Assembly: GCA_016866785.1 (NCBI GenBank)
Contig: VGLH01000003.1
Location: forward strand, 4,795-68,794
Length of the DNA stretch: 64,000 bases
Direction of reading: 5' to 3'
From: Candidatus Poribacteria bacterium
Lineage (GTDB): Bacteria > Poribacteria > WGA-4E > GCA-2687025
Part shown: positions 9,667 to 19,541 of the stretch, piece after piece
Position numbering within the stretch: position 1 is the stretch's first letter
How the letters are laid out: each line of letters begins with the position of its first letter
Notes under the pieces: model-generated
Told to the model about the DNA's origin: nothing
Seen by the model: only the letters and a program-made list of their open reading frames with translations
Database searches by the model: none
Position numbers and translations under genes: made by a program

Positions 9667-10694
9667 AAGTCGTCGTGTTCCGCGCTCCGGGCGCGCCGCT
9701 GGAGATCGAAGACCGCCCGATACCCACGCCCGGAGACGGCGAGGTGCTCATCCGCGTCGATCTCTGCGGCGTCTGCGCGTCCGACCTTATGGCGGTCGAT
9801 GGGCTTGCGACGGACTACTCCCCGCCGGTCGTCCTGGGTCACGAGATCGCCGGACGCGTTGTCGCCTCGCGTGCGACCGGCATCGACGTCGGAGCCCTCG
9901 TGTCGGTGAATCCCATGGTGACGTGTGGCGTTTGCAGTGCCTGTCGCCGCGATGAGGCGAAGTACTGCCGATCGCTGACCGGCATCGGACACGACATCGA
10001 TGGCGGGTTCTCGGAATACATGCTCGCTCCTGACGCTCTCGTGTCCCAGGGCGGGCTGATCGTCTACCCGCCCGACGTGGAGCCGGAGCGCGTCCTGTTC
10101 ACGGAGCCGATGGGCTGTGTAGCGAACGCGATGGCAGAGACGCCCTTCCGCGACACCGTCGCGATCCTCGGCGCGGGTCCCATCGGCTTGCTCTTCGTGC
10201 AGGCGGCGGTCCTGCATGGACTGCGCGCATACGTCATTGAGCCGTTAGCAGAACGCCGGGCAGTCGCCGAACGCCTCGGGGCAGAGCAGACGTTCGACAA
10301 CTCCGATGAGAGCATGTCCGAGCTGATCGACGCCACGGAAGGCGGCGCAGACACGGTCATCATGGCGTCCGACAGTCCATCGGCGCTGGGTCTGGCGTTC
10401 CGATGCGCGCGTCGCGGCGGGGCAATCAACCTGTTCGGGCTCGCGCCCAAGGGGAGGACCCTGACGCTCGACCTCGAGGAGCTCCACTTCAGCGGGCATC
10501 GGATCCAAGCATCGTGGGCGTTCTCGCGGGCATCTCTGGCGCAGGCGCGCGACTGGATCGCCGACGGCAGCATCGACCTGTCGCCGTTCGTGACGGAACG
10601 CTATCGGCTGTTACAGGCGGATGCCGCGTTGGGCTCTGCCAGGGATCGACGCGGCATCAAGACGGTGCTGGAGTGCCGAGCTGCGACCGCGTGA
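9663..10694 (+). CDS. Zinc-dependent alcohol dehydrogenase (MDR superfamily, threonine/sorbitol dehydrogenase-like)
   Basis: GHEIAG catalytic Zn motif, structural Zn cysteines CGVCSAC, NAD-binding GAGPIG. Confidence 0.85.
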   Translation: MKVVVFRAPGAPLEIEDRPIPTPGDGEVLIRVDLCGVCASDLMAVDGLATDYSPPVVLGHEIAGRVVASRATGIDVGALVSVNPMVTCGVCSACRRDEAKYCRSLTGIGHDIDGGFSEYMLAPDALVSQGGLIVYPPDVEPERVLFTEPMGCVANAMAETPFRDTVAILGAGPIGLLFVQAAVLHGLRAYVIEPLAERRAVAERLGAEQTFDNSDESMSELIDATEGGADTVIMASDSPSALGLAFRCARRGGAINLFGLAPKGRTLTLDLEELHFSGHRIQASWAFSRASLAQARDWIADGSIDLSPFVTERYRLLQADAALGSARDRRGIKTVLECRAATA

Positions 10695-10792
10695 CCGCCG
10701 CGCGAGTTGACTCGTCTCTGCCGCGTCGTTATATTCGACGATGTCGCGCCCGAGCTCGGGGCGCGTTCGACACTGCTAGGAGGGCTCGTCCG

Positions 10793-11542
10793 ATGCGCCG
10801 CATCGCTACGTTCGTGTCCAGCCTCGCGCTCCTCGCTTCGCTGTCCTCGGTGTCCGTCGCGCAGCCGTACGTCGACTCGTTCGACGACACGAAGCTGAAC
10901 GCGATGTGGACGTTCCGCAATGCAGGCAACAACGACAAGTGGGAAGTCAAGGGCGGCTGGTTCATCTTCGACATCCAGGCAAACCAGGACCTGTTCCGCC
11001 AGGGCGTCGATGGGGCGCCCTTCCTTCTGATGAATCCACCGGCGGACGACAAGAAGTTCACGATCGAGACGAACGTTGATGCGCTTCTCGACAAAGCAGC
11101 CCAGCCTGGGGCGTCGCATGCCGGGCTCATCATCTTCCGCGAAGACAAGTGGGCGTACTCCCTGTGGGGTCCCTACAACAACCAGGACATGCGTCTGGAG
11201 GACTGCATCGCTGCCGACTACCGCTGGCGCGACCAAGCCCAGATCGCAGTCGATGCCAAGCCAGACAAGGACGTCTACTTGCAGATCGTGAAGTCCGGTA
11301 CGGAGCTCGAGTTCTTCTACAAGGACAGCCCTGCTGACAAGTGGAAGTCCGCCGGCATCGACAAGAAACTGGGGCCCAACTACGAGAAGGGTACCTACAA
11401 GATCGGGCTCTTCCTCAAGAACTGGGGCGGCTCCGTCGCGCAGAAAGCCGCCTTCGACTACTTCCATTCGCCGGAGCTCGCGACGGCCGTGCGCCCCGAC
11501 GGGAAGACGGCGTCGACGTGGGCTGGGCTGAAATCGCAGTAG
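10793..11542 (+). CDS. Secreted concanavalin-A-like (LamG/DUF1349-like) jelly-roll protein
   Basis: RBS AGGAGGG. Signal peptide MRRIATFVSSLALLASLSSVSVAQP. Sequence pattern resembles ConA-like lectin/glucanase domains found with glycoside hydrolases. Function not assignable from sequence. Confidence 0.5.
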   Translation: MRRIATFVSSLALLASLSSVSVAQPYVDSFDDTKLNAMWTFRNAGNNDKWEVKGGWFIFDIQANQDLFRQGVDGAPFLLMNPPADDKKFTIETNVDALLDKAAQPGASHAGLIIFREDKWAYSLWGPYNNQDMRLEDCIAADYRWRDQAQIAVDAKPDKDVYLQIVKSGTELEFFYKDSPADKWKSAGIDKKLGPNYEKGTYKIGLFLKNWGGSVAQKAAFDYFHSPELATAVRPDGKTASTWAGLKSQ

Positions 11543-11619
11543 CCTTCGGGTATCCTAACGGCGCAGGGCGAATCCGCCTTGCGCCGCACGTGTGCTCGGG
11601 GTGCTGCACCGGAGAGGTC

Positions 11620-12843
11620 ATGCCGAAGCGAACCCGCATCATCAACGCGACGCTCTACTGCCCCGAACCGACACGCGCCACGCAGATCACCTTCGCGGGG
11701 AACCGGATCGTCGCTGTCGGCGACTCGTCAGAACCGGCGGACGAGGTCTACGACGGGACGGGCTGCGTCGTATCGCCGGGGCTCATCGACGCGTTGGTTC
11801 ACGGCGGCGGGGGCAAGCCCGTCCTCAGCGGTAGCGTCGAGGACGTCCGAGCCGTCGCGCGCGCCCACGGCATACACGGCACGACGGCGATCTGCGGAGG
11901 CACGTTCGCGATGCCCATGGATCGTCTGCGCGTTGGCTTGCGAGCCGTCGCCGAGGCGGCTCTCGACTGGGACGGTTCCGGCGCTCGCGTGTTGGGACCC
12001 TACGTCGAGGGGAAGTTCGGCTCTTCCGCCAAACGGGGAGCTCACGCCGAGGAGCACCTCGCCGCGCCGACCATCGAAGCGTTCCTCGATCTCTGGGAAG
12101 CCTCACGCCACACCGTCCGCGTCTTCTCTTACGCCGTCGAGAACGACGCCGGATTCGCCTTGACGCGTTACCTCTCCGAACGGTTCCCCGAGATCGGCGT
12201 CGTGCCGACGATGGGCCACACGAACGCCGACTACGACACTGCCTGTCGCGCCATCGACGCAGGCATCCGTCGCGCGACGCACCTTTTCAACGGGATGAGC
12301 GGCATCCACCACCGAGACATGGGCGTCGCGGAAGCCGTGCTCGACGATGACCGCGTCCACGCCGAGCTCATCGGCGACTGCCGCCACGTGAGCCCGACGT
12401 GGTCCCGGATGGCAACGCGGCTCAAGGGCCCCAGGAACGCCAGCCTCATCACCGACGCGGGTTCCGCCGCCGCGATCCCCGAAGATGAGCTCCAGTCCTA
12501 CTTCGAGCCCGACCCCCAATCGGGGCGCCTGGTCACGCGGACCGGTCGCCGCGTCTTCCTGATCGACGGAGCGTTGTACCTCGATCGCGAGGGCAGGGAA
12601 CTCACCGGCGGATGCCTGACGCTCAGCGACGCCGTCCGGCGCGCCATCGACTGGGGAACGTCTGTCTCGGACGCCGTCCGCATGGCGACGCTCACTCCTG
12701 CCGAAAGCCTCGGACTGACGACGAAAGGTCGGCTCGCGTCCGGCTTCGACGCCGATGTCGCCGTGTTCGACGCTCAATGGCGCGCGCGCGCCGTGTTTGT
12801 CGAAGGCAGCCCGCTCGTCAACGCCCTGCCGCGAATCCGGTGA
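11620..12843 (+). CDS. nagA: N-acetylglucosamine-6-phosphate deacetylase (amidohydrolase superfamily)
   Basis: LVHGGGG metal-binding block and HTNADY / HLFNGM histidines, as in NagA family. RBS GGAGAGG. Confidence 0.75.
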   Translation: MPKRTRIINATLYCPEPTRATQITFAGNRIVAVGDSSEPADEVYDGTGCVVSPGLIDALVHGGGGKPVLSGSVEDVRAVARAHGIHGTTAICGGTFAMPMDRLRVGLRAVAEAALDWDGSGARVLGPYVEGKFGSSAKRGAHAEEHLAAPTIEAFLDLWEASRHTVRVFSYAVENDAGFALTRYLSERFPEIGVVPTMGHTNADYDTACRAIDAGIRRATHLFNGMSGIHHRDMGVAEAVLDDDRVHAELIGDCRHVSPTWSRMATRLKGPRNASLITDAGSAAAIPEDELQSYFEPDPQSGRLVTRTGRRVFLIDGALYLDREGRELTGGCLTLSDAVRRAIDWGTSVSDAVRMATLTPAESLGLTTKGRLASGFDADVAVFDAQWRARAVFVEGSPLVNALPRIR

Positions 12844-14039
12844 TGCCTGCCATCGACTGGATCGACGACGACTCGCCGCTGGGCGCGTGGGGCGACGACG
12901 GCTCTGCTCGCGTCGCCATCGGGCACGACTACGGCGGAACTTCGGCGCGGACCGCCGTCTACACGCGCCTGGAGGGAGTTTGGCGTCGTGTCCGCCACGG
13001 TTCGGTGCGGCACGACCGGTCTCGCGGGCTCATCGATCTAGGCGTCGGCGACGCGTTGTCGTGGGTTCGGGAACGCTTCGGATCGGACGCGAAGCCCGTT
13101 CTAGGCGTGGGCTGCAAGGGACCCACGGATCCATCGACCGGCATGACCGATCCTTCGACGCATTTCGCGTGGGGCAAGCACAACGTCGTCGAGCGCTACC
13201 GCGAGCAGCACCCCGGCGCGTTCGGAGACGTCATCGCCGCCAACGACCTGATGGCGTGCGCCCTCGGCGTCAGTCTGTCGCCTGACGTGCGCACGCAGAT
13301 CGCCAACGCCGTCTCTACATGGAACGCCCTGCATCCCGACGATCCTCTGCGCGACGACTCTCTGAACCGCGACGTAGCAGTCGTCTCGCTGGGAACCGGC
13401 GCGGGATACAAGGTGATCGGTCCGGATGGACGCGTTGGCGAAGGCGGTGAGGTCTGGACGCTCTACGCGCCCGTCGATCTGGGGTTCATGAACTGGCTCT
13501 GGGAGAAGTACCGCTCCAGCCGCGATGCGGAGAGGTACCCGTTGCACGTCGAACGTTACGTTTCCGCGCTTGGGCTCCCGATCTTCTACGAGTACCTGCT
13601 GGTCTCTGGGCGAGCTCCCGATCCCGACGCTGCAACGGCGATCCGTGCCGCCCACGACGTGCCCGGAGCCATCTCAGAGCACGCAAGGCGCGGGTGCTCC
13701 GTCTGCCAGATGGCGTTCGTCCACCTCGGAGCGCACATCGCGGCGCTGGCTCAGGGCATCGTGCAGGCGCACAAGCCGCGCGCGGTCGTCCTGTCGGGAG
13801 CCAGCCTCGTCGCGCAGAACTGGCCGCTCTTGGAGGAACCGTTCCTGCGCTACTTCCGGCGCGACTTCGGAGGCAAGCCGGTCGAGTTCCCGCTCGCGGC
13901 TGAGAGCCGAATCGGACTTCGTGAATGGGTCGCGCGAACCGCCGTCGCCGTGGACCGCAGCCCCATGCCGGGCGTTGACGGGGCTGCCTACTTGGCGGTC
14001 CACGCCGACTTCTACCGATCAACGCGAGCGTCCGACTGA
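12843..14039 (+). CDS. ASKHA-superfamily sugar kinase (BadF/BadG/BcrA/BcrD-type, N-acetylglucosamine kinase-like)
   Basis: Phosphate-1 motif [16 protein letters not shown]. Overlaps nagA stop (TGATG). Sits between nagA and Gfo/Idh/MocA genes. Confidence 0.55.
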   Translation: MPAIDWIDDDSPLGAWGDDGSARVAIGHDYGGTSARTAVYTRLEGVWRRVRHGSVRHDRSRGLIDLGVGDALSWVRERFGSDAKPVLGVGCKGPTDPSTGMTDPSTHFAWGKHNVVERYREQHPGAFGDVIAANDLMACALGVSLSPDVRTQIANAVSTWNALHPDDPLRDDSLNRDVAVVSLGTGAGYKVIGPDGRVGEGGEVWTLYAPVDLGFMNWLWEKYRSSRDAERYPLHVERYVSALGLPIFYEYLLVSGRAPDPDAATAIRAAHDVPGAISEHARRGCSVCQMAFVHLGAHIAALAQGIVQAHKPRAVVLSGASLVAQNWPLLEEPFLRYFRRDFGGKPVEFPLAAESRIGLREWVARTAVAVDRSPMPGVDGAAYLAVHADFYRSTRASD

Positions 14040-14058
14040 CTGCCAAGGAGGAATGAGC

Positions 14059-15039
14059 ATGGACACGATCCGGTGGGGCATCTTGGGAACCGGCAGCATC
14101 GCGCGGAAGTTCGCGCAAGGGCTTCGGGCGCTGCCCGACGCGCGGCTCGTCGCCGTTGGGTCGCGCCGGCAGGAGACGGCGGACGCCTTCGGTCGCGAGT
14201 ACGACGCGCCGAACCGACACGCCTCCTACGAAGCGCTGGCGCACGACCCCGACGTCGATGCGATCTACGTCGCGACACCTCACTCGCTGCACCGCGACAA
14301 CACGATCCTCTGCCTCGAAGCGGGCAAGCCGGTTCTGTGCGAGAAGCCCTTCGCCATCAACGACGCCGAAGCGCGAGAGATGGTCGCCTGCGCCCGCGAG
14401 CGCCAGGTGTTCCTCATGGAGGCGATGTGGTCGCGGTTCCTGCCCGCCATCGTCGAGCTACGGCGGCTTCTGGCAGAAGGCGTCCTCGGCGAGCTCCAGA
14501 TGCTGACGGCGGACTTCGGGTTCCGAGCAGGCAGCGCGAACCCCCGGAGCCGTCTGTTCAACCCGGAGCTCGGGGGCGGGGCGCTGCTGGATGTGGGCGT
14601 CTATCCCGTATCGCTGGCGTCGATGATCTTCGGGACGCCGCGCCGCGCCACGTCGCTGGCGTGCATCGGCGAGACGGCAGTGGACGAGCACGCCGGCATC
14701 GTGCTGAGCTACGACGCCCCGCGCATGGCGGTTCTCTACACGTCCATCCGGACGACTACGCCTCAGGAGGCGTATGTGCTCGGCGCGAACGGGTCGATCC
14801 GCGTTGACAAGCCATGGTGGGTTCCCAAGTCGCTGACCGTGTCCGTCGGGGAACCGGAGCAGATTCCGTGCACGTACGTCGGCAACGGGTACAACTACGA
14901 GGCTGCCGAGGTCATGTCGTGCCTGCGCGAGGGGCGGCTTGAGAGCGAAATCATGCCGCTCGACGAGACGGTTTCCATCATACAGACGCTGACGGAGCTC
15001 CGCCGCGACTGGGGCTTGCGCTACCCGGGCGAGTCCTGA
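14059..15039 (+). CDS. Gfo/Idh/MocA-family NAD(P)-dependent oxidoreductase
   Basis: N-terminal Rossmann GILGTGSIA and the EKP motif (CEKPFA). RBS AAGGAGG 7 nt upstream. Confidence 0.85.
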   Translation: MDTIRWGILGTGSIARKFAQGLRALPDARLVAVGSRRQETADAFGREYDAPNRHASYEALAHDPDVDAIYVATPHSLHRDNTILCLEAGKPVLCEKPFAINDAEAREMVACARERQVFLMEAMWSRFLPAIVELRRLLAEGVLGELQMLTADFGFRAGSANPRSRLFNPELGGGALLDVGVYPVSLASMIFGTPRRATSLACIGETAVDEHAGIVLSYDAPRMAVLYTSIRTTTPQEAYVLGANGSIRVDKPWWVPKSLTVSVGEPEQIPCTYVGNGYNYEAAEVMSCLREGRLESEIMPLDETVSIIQTLTELRRDWGLRYPGES

Positions 15040-15048
15040 TTCCCGACT

Positions 15049-16278
15049 CTAGTACTCCTCCGCGAGCTCTTTGGCGATGCGCGTCCACTCCCAGAAGCGC
15101 TCGGGGTGGTGCTCGCACGTGTGCGTGTCTTTGAGCACCATCTCGACGACGCAGTCCCGCGACACATCGAGCGTGTGCCGGATGTCGGCGCGGACCTTCT
15201 CCGGATCGAACGATCCCACCAGGAACGCCGGCTTCGGCTTCCACGAGAAGATGTAGTTGGGCCCCAACCGCTCAGCCGCCTCGTCAACATCCGCGAACGG
15301 CGCGATGGAGATGCGGCGGATCCCAGGAATCTGGAACACGTAGTCCAGCTTCTTCACGAGGTCGTCGCAGCAGCCGTAGCCGTTGAGCGCGAACGGCGCG
15401 AGCAGGCGTCTCTCATATTGCAGCGAGAACTCCTCGTGCATCTCCGGCGAGACGGGGTCGAGCTCCTGCGCCTCGGCGGACGCCCACATATCGCAGGGAC
15501 GGATCCGCTCCGGGTCGTAGTCGGACAGCGGCAGCTCGTCCGTGTAGCCGTTCCCGCCGGTCGAGTGGTACGTCGCGTCGTTGTTGAGGCTCAGCAGGTT
15601 CTGATCGACGTACTGCCGGATGAGGTTGTGGTGTCCCTCCTCCAGGAACGCCATGGCGTCGTGGAGCATGTTCGGGTTCTCGGACATGTCCCAGAACACC
15701 TGCTCCAAACCCCGCAGGTCGCAGTAGATGTTGAACAGGTGGAACGAGACGTGGCTGACACCTTTGAGCCGGATGTTGAGGATGTCGCCGAGAAGGTCCC
15801 GCGCCTGCTCCAGCGCTTGCATCGTGGCGGGCTCGTCGTACGTGACGACCGGAAAGGTGAGCTTCTTGAGGTCCGCCGGTTCGTGAATCACGGGATCGAA
15901 CGCCCAGGCTCCGCGCGCCGTCGTGCTGGGAACCCGTTTGCCGGACATGCCCCATCCAGTGCGATGGGTGACCTTGGGAACGATCCATTCCTTCTCGATG
16001 ACCGTGTCGTCGTCGAGATGCTCGTGGTAGTAGAGACGGCTCCGAAGCGTCCACTCGATGCTCCGGGCGTGGGGGTCCGAGCACTTCAACTCGCTCTGAG
16101 GCAGCAGCTCGCCCCACGAGCCCTCCGGGAAGATAAGAACCATCGGGCGGACGCGCTGGAGGCTGTTGTGCTTCTTCCACATCTCGCGGCGCTGCGCCAT
16201 GATCGGCAGGTCGGCGACGTCGGCGACGCGACGCGCAAGGTCGCGTAGCAACGTACGCTCTTCCGGGCTGATAGGCAT
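15049..16278 (-). CDS. Conserved hypothetical protein (possible URO-D-like/TIM-barrel fold), divergent from a Gfo/Idh/MocA gene
   Basis: 409-aa ORF with coding-like GC3. C-terminal GYGCCDD and isolated Cys/His. No confident family assignment from sequence alone. Confidence 0.45.
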   Translation of the reverse strand: MPISPEERTLLRDLARRVADVADLPIMAQRREMWKKHNSLQRVRPMVLIFPEGSWGELLPQSELKCSDPHARSIEWTLRSRLYYHEHLDDDTVIEKEWIVPKVTHRTGWGMSGKRVPSTTARGAWAFDPVIHEPADLKKLTFPVVTYDEPATMQALEQARDLLGDILNIRLKGVSHVSFHLFNIYCDLRGLEQVFWDMSENPNMLHDAMAFLEEGHHNLIRQYVDQNLLSLNNDATYHSTGGNGYTDELPLSDYDPERIRPCDMWASAEAQELDPVSPEMHEEFSLQYERRLLAPFALNGYGCCDDLVKKLDYVFQIPGIRRISIAPFADVDEAAERLGPNYIFSWKPKPAFLVGSFDPEKVRADIRHTLDVSRDCVVEMVLKDTHTCEHHPERFWEWTRIAKELAEEY

Positions 16279-16484
16279 CGTGGGTCTCCCTTCCCTGGTG
16301 TGTGGACATCGCGGATCTCGCCCGCCGCCGCGCGATGACCATTATAGCCGCCCTCCGAATGTCGCGCGAGAACCTGTCGGTTCCGCACAATGCGGCGAGG
16401 TGCTAAGATCGCTCCTACGCCGCAAGGCATGCGACTCCAGCGACCGGGACGCAACCGTATGGCGAAGAAGGGAAGACGCCTCTC

Positions 16485-17483
16485 ATGCCAGCCAAGGTCA
16501 AAGTCGGATTCATCGGGACGGGCGGCATCGCCGGGAATCATCTGAGCAACCTCAAGGGCTTCGACGACGTCGAGTTCGCCGCGATGTGCGACGTGCAGAA
16601 GGAGCGCGCGGAATCCCGCGCGAAGGACTTCGGCGGCAACGCCTACACGAACTACCAAGAGATGCTCGACAAGGAGCAGCTCGACGCGGTCTACATCTGC
16701 CTGCCGCCGTTCGCGCACGGCGAGCCCGAGCTCATCGCCGTCGACAAGGGCATCCCGCTCTTCATCGAGAAGCCCATCGACGTCGACATCGACACCTGCC
16801 TGCGCATCCGCGACGCCGTGGGCCGCAAGGGTCTGCTCACCAGCGTCGGCTACAACTGGCGTTACAGCGACGCCGTCCACCAGGCGCGCGAGCGCCTGAC
16901 GAGCTTCAAGGTTCTCGGTGCGCTGGGAGCCTGGATGGGCGGGATGCCCGGAACGCCGTGGTGGCGCGTCCGCAAGCAGTCGGGCGGGCAGCACGTCGAG
17001 CAGACGACCCACGTGTTCGACGTGTGCCGGTACCTGCTCCAAGCCGATGCCGTCAGCGTCCACGCCGTCGCCGCGAAGGGCGGGATGGCGGAAGTGCCCA
17101 ACTACGACATCGAAGACATCAGCTTCGTGAACATCACGTTCGACAACGGAACCATCGCCAACATCCAGTCGGCGTGCTGTCTGTCGGGGTGGTCGCGCGT
17201 CAAGATCGAGGTGTTCGGACGAGACCTGTCAGCGGACATCTCGCAAGGCAGGGCGGTCTTCGTGACGGGCTCGGACAAGCGCGAGGAGATCGCCAGCACG
17301 GTGAATCCGTACGTCGAGGAAGATCGCATCTACATCGACGCCGTGAAGAGCGGCGACGGGTCGAAAATCCGCGCCCCCTACGCCGACGCGGTCCAGACTC
17401 AGAAGATCATGATCGCCGCGACGCGGTCGATGGACTCCGGCAAGCTCGTTTTCGTCCAAAACGACACGTTCGTTCTCGCGTAG
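16485..17483 (+). CDS. Gfo/Idh/MocA-family oxidoreductase
   Basis: GFIGTGGIAGNH Rossmann motif and EKP motif (IEKPID). Confidence 0.85.
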   Translation: MPAKVKVGFIGTGGIAGNHLSNLKGFDDVEFAAMCDVQKERAESRAKDFGGNAYTNYQEMLDKEQLDAVYICLPPFAHGEPELIAVDKGIPLFIEKPIDVDIDTCLRIRDAVGRKGLLTSVGYNWRYSDAVHQARERLTSFKVLGALGAWMGGMPGTPWWRVRKQSGGQHVEQTTHVFDVCRYLLQADAVSVHAVAAKGGMAEVPNYDIEDISFVNITFDNGTIANIQSACCLSGWSRVKIEVFGRDLSADISQGRAVFVTGSDKREEIASTVNPYVEEDRIYIDAVKSGDGSKIRAPYADAVQTQKIMIAATRSMDSGKLVFVQNDTFVLA

Positions 17484-17542
17484 GAACCTAACTCAGTCGT
17501 CTGCCGCGCGGTGCCATCGCACGCGCGAGCGGCACGACGCAG

Positions 17543-17570
17543 TAGGGGCGGGTCTGAGACCCGCCCCTAC
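17543..17570. terminator. Perfect 13-bp stem / 3-nt loop hairpin between convergent genes (candidate bidirectional terminator)
   Basis: GTAGGGGCGGGTC-TGA-GACCCGCCCCTAC lies between the 3' ends of 16485-17483 (+) and 17602-18699 (-). Confidence 0.45.
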
Positions 17571-17601
17571 GAGACGATCACTTCACGCGAGCCCGCACCA
17601 C

Positions 17602-18699
17602 TCAGTAGACCGCCGTCTGCATCCTCTCCTCCAGAAAGTCCTCGGTCAGCCTGCCCGCCGCGAACTCGTCGAGCTCCCGCTTGCGGACCCGCATGGTCAG
17701 GACCGACGAGGGCCCTTCGGCCACTCTCCCCGCAAGCGAGTAGGTCGTCCCGTAATGCTCGATACGGGCGTTAGAGGACCGCGTGACGACGTCCCCTCCC
17801 GGTGATGCGACTCCCCGAACGACGATGGCGATCCACTCGTCGGGCCCAAGTCCACGTAGACGCGCGGACTCCTGGAGAATCGTCCTCAGCGATGCCTTGA
17901 GCCACTCGACCTTGCCCGCATCGTAGGGCTCGGTAGGTTGCGATGGAACGATGAGACGCATCTCACGCTCGCGCGACATCGGATCGTCCGCTGAACGGAG
18001 CTCCAGCAGCGTGCGATCCCAAAGCGACGTCGGCGGAGCCGGCTGCTGCAGTGCAGGAGCGGGTACAGCGCCCGGAGCGAGAGGGAAAACAACGGACATA
18101 GAGCACAAGACGCCGAACCCCTCGACGTACGTGGCTTGAACGCTGCCCGAAGAGCCGCCCAACGCGGACACAAACGTCCCCATTCCCATGCCGCCGCCGA
18201 GCTGATCGCCGACCGATTTCTGGACCACCTTCGACAAGACGGCGAGGTCCATCGTCATGTCTGCCATGAAGGAGTCTGGAGCAGGCGTGAATCTCACGAT
18301 GGACTGAGAACCGGCACCGCTGCTGTTGGATAGGAACCTGACGTTCGGCAGCGCCCTGGCGGCTTCGGCGACGCTCGCAGACGCCCCGGATGTTGCCTGC
18401 GCGACGGTGTCTTCTGCCACACGAAGCGCCTTCTCGATCTCAACCGTTGCCTGACGCAAGCCGTCTCCGACCGCCGTCTTCACCTCGGCGGCGATCCTCG
18501 GAATCGACTCGATGACCTCGTCTGGGACTACGATCTCGATCCGCCCGGTCGAAGCGGGCAGCGCGGGGGCTGCGACAACAGGGGCGGGTCGCGCCGACGC
18601 AGGTTCCGATGTCGAAGGTTCCTCCGAGTGAGCCGTTCCCGATCCAGCGAACGCGATCACCGCCATGGCTGCTCCGACTGACCAGCATCTGAACGTCAT
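17602..18699 (-). CDS. Hypothetical secreted protein, last gene of the ECF sigma / anti-sigma operon
   Basis: Start MTFRCWSVGAAMAVIAFAG with SD AAGGGA. Signal peptide. Gly/Met-rich segment GGGMGMGTF. Begins 1 nt after the anti-sigma stop. Confidence 0.5.
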   Translation of the reverse strand: MTFRCWSVGAAMAVIAFAGSGTAHSEEPSTSEPASARPAPVVAAPALPASTGRIEIVVPDEVIESIPRIAAEVKTAVGDGLRQATVEIEKALRVAEDTVAQATSGASASVAEAARALPNVRFLSNSSGAGSQSIVRFTPAPDSFMADMTMDLAVLSKVVQKSVGDQLGGGMGMGTFVSALGGSSGSVQATYVEGFGVLCSMSVVFPLAPGAVPAPALQQPAPPTSLWDRTLLELRSADDPMSREREMRLIVPSQPTEPYDAGKVEWLKASLRTILQESARLRGLGPDEWIAIVVRGVASPGGDVVTRSSNARIEHYGTTYSLAGRVAEGPSSVLTMRVRKRELDEFAAGRLTEDFLEERMQTAVY

Positions 18700-18700
18700 G

Positions 18701-19537
18701 TCATTGTCCCTTCTGCGCATCGTGTGAACGGTACGATGGTTCCCCAGCGCCTTCTGAGGGGGCGGCGTAGGCGATCAGGCGCGCGATCTGCTGCCGCGTT
18801 CGGGTGAGTTCGTCGCCGGTGAGCGCTGCCAGCGCCGTCATGTCCTGTCGGACGATCTGCAGTTCGTCGGCTCGGTCCTGCTCGGCGCGTCGGAGCCAGT
18901 CGATGAGCGCCTGTCGATCCTCCAGGCGGCTCGCGTTGAACGCTTCGGCGAACGCGACGAGGGACGCGTTCGTCCGCTGATCGGCGGCGTGGATCGTGTA
19001 GTTCGCCAGCCGCCGGACGTCTCGCGCGTATCCGTCGCGGAGGATTCCTTCGACTTCCGACCTGGCTTGCTGGACCTGGGCATCGACGGCTCCCGGAAGC
19101 GTCCCTTCAAGCTGAGCCGAAACGACCTCCGGAACGCGTTCCGCCACGCGCGCGTCGATGCGACGGGCGAGCTCGGGTTCCAGCGACCGGATCACGGAGT
19201 TGCGCACCGACGAGCCCAACTCCTCGCGCAGTCCCGCGACAGCTTGATTCAGCGCCTGCGCGTCATGCCGCGAGCTCCAGCCAATCACGAGCCCCGTCGC
19301 AAAGACGATGAGCGCCGCAGCCGCGATCTGCGCGGCACGCCAAAGCCCGACTGCCGGACGCGACCGCATCGATGGCGCCTGATCCTCGCCGAGGAACTCG
19401 ACGACTCGCCGCCATCCCTCGATCTCGGCGTGGCAGGCATCGCACTCGGCGATGTGATGCCTCACGTCCTCGGATGCCGATCCGTCGAGCTCGTCGTACA
19501 GATAGGACACGAGCGTTTCGCGGGCCGGATGCTCCAT
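18701..19537 (-). CDS. Anti-sigma factor (zinc-finger ZAS-type N-terminus, single TM, periplasmic domain)
   Basis: HxxxCxxC motif HIAECDACH. One TM helix AAQIAAAALIVFATGLVIGW. Immediately downstream of the ECF sigma gene. Confidence 0.7.
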   Translation of the reverse strand: MEHPARETLVSYLYDELDGSASEDVRHHIAECDACHAEIEGWRRVVEFLGEDQAPSMRSRPAVGLWRAAQIAAAALIVFATGLVIGWSSRHDAQALNQAVAGLREELGSSVRNSVIRSLEPELARRIDARVAERVPEVVSAQLEGTLPGAVDAQVQQARSEVEGILRDGYARDVRRLANYTIHAADQRTNASLVAFAEAFNASRLEDRQALIDWLRRAEQDRADELQIVRQDMTALAALTGDELTRTRQQIARLIAYAAPSEGAGEPSYRSHDAQKGQ

Positions 19538-19541
19538 GGTG

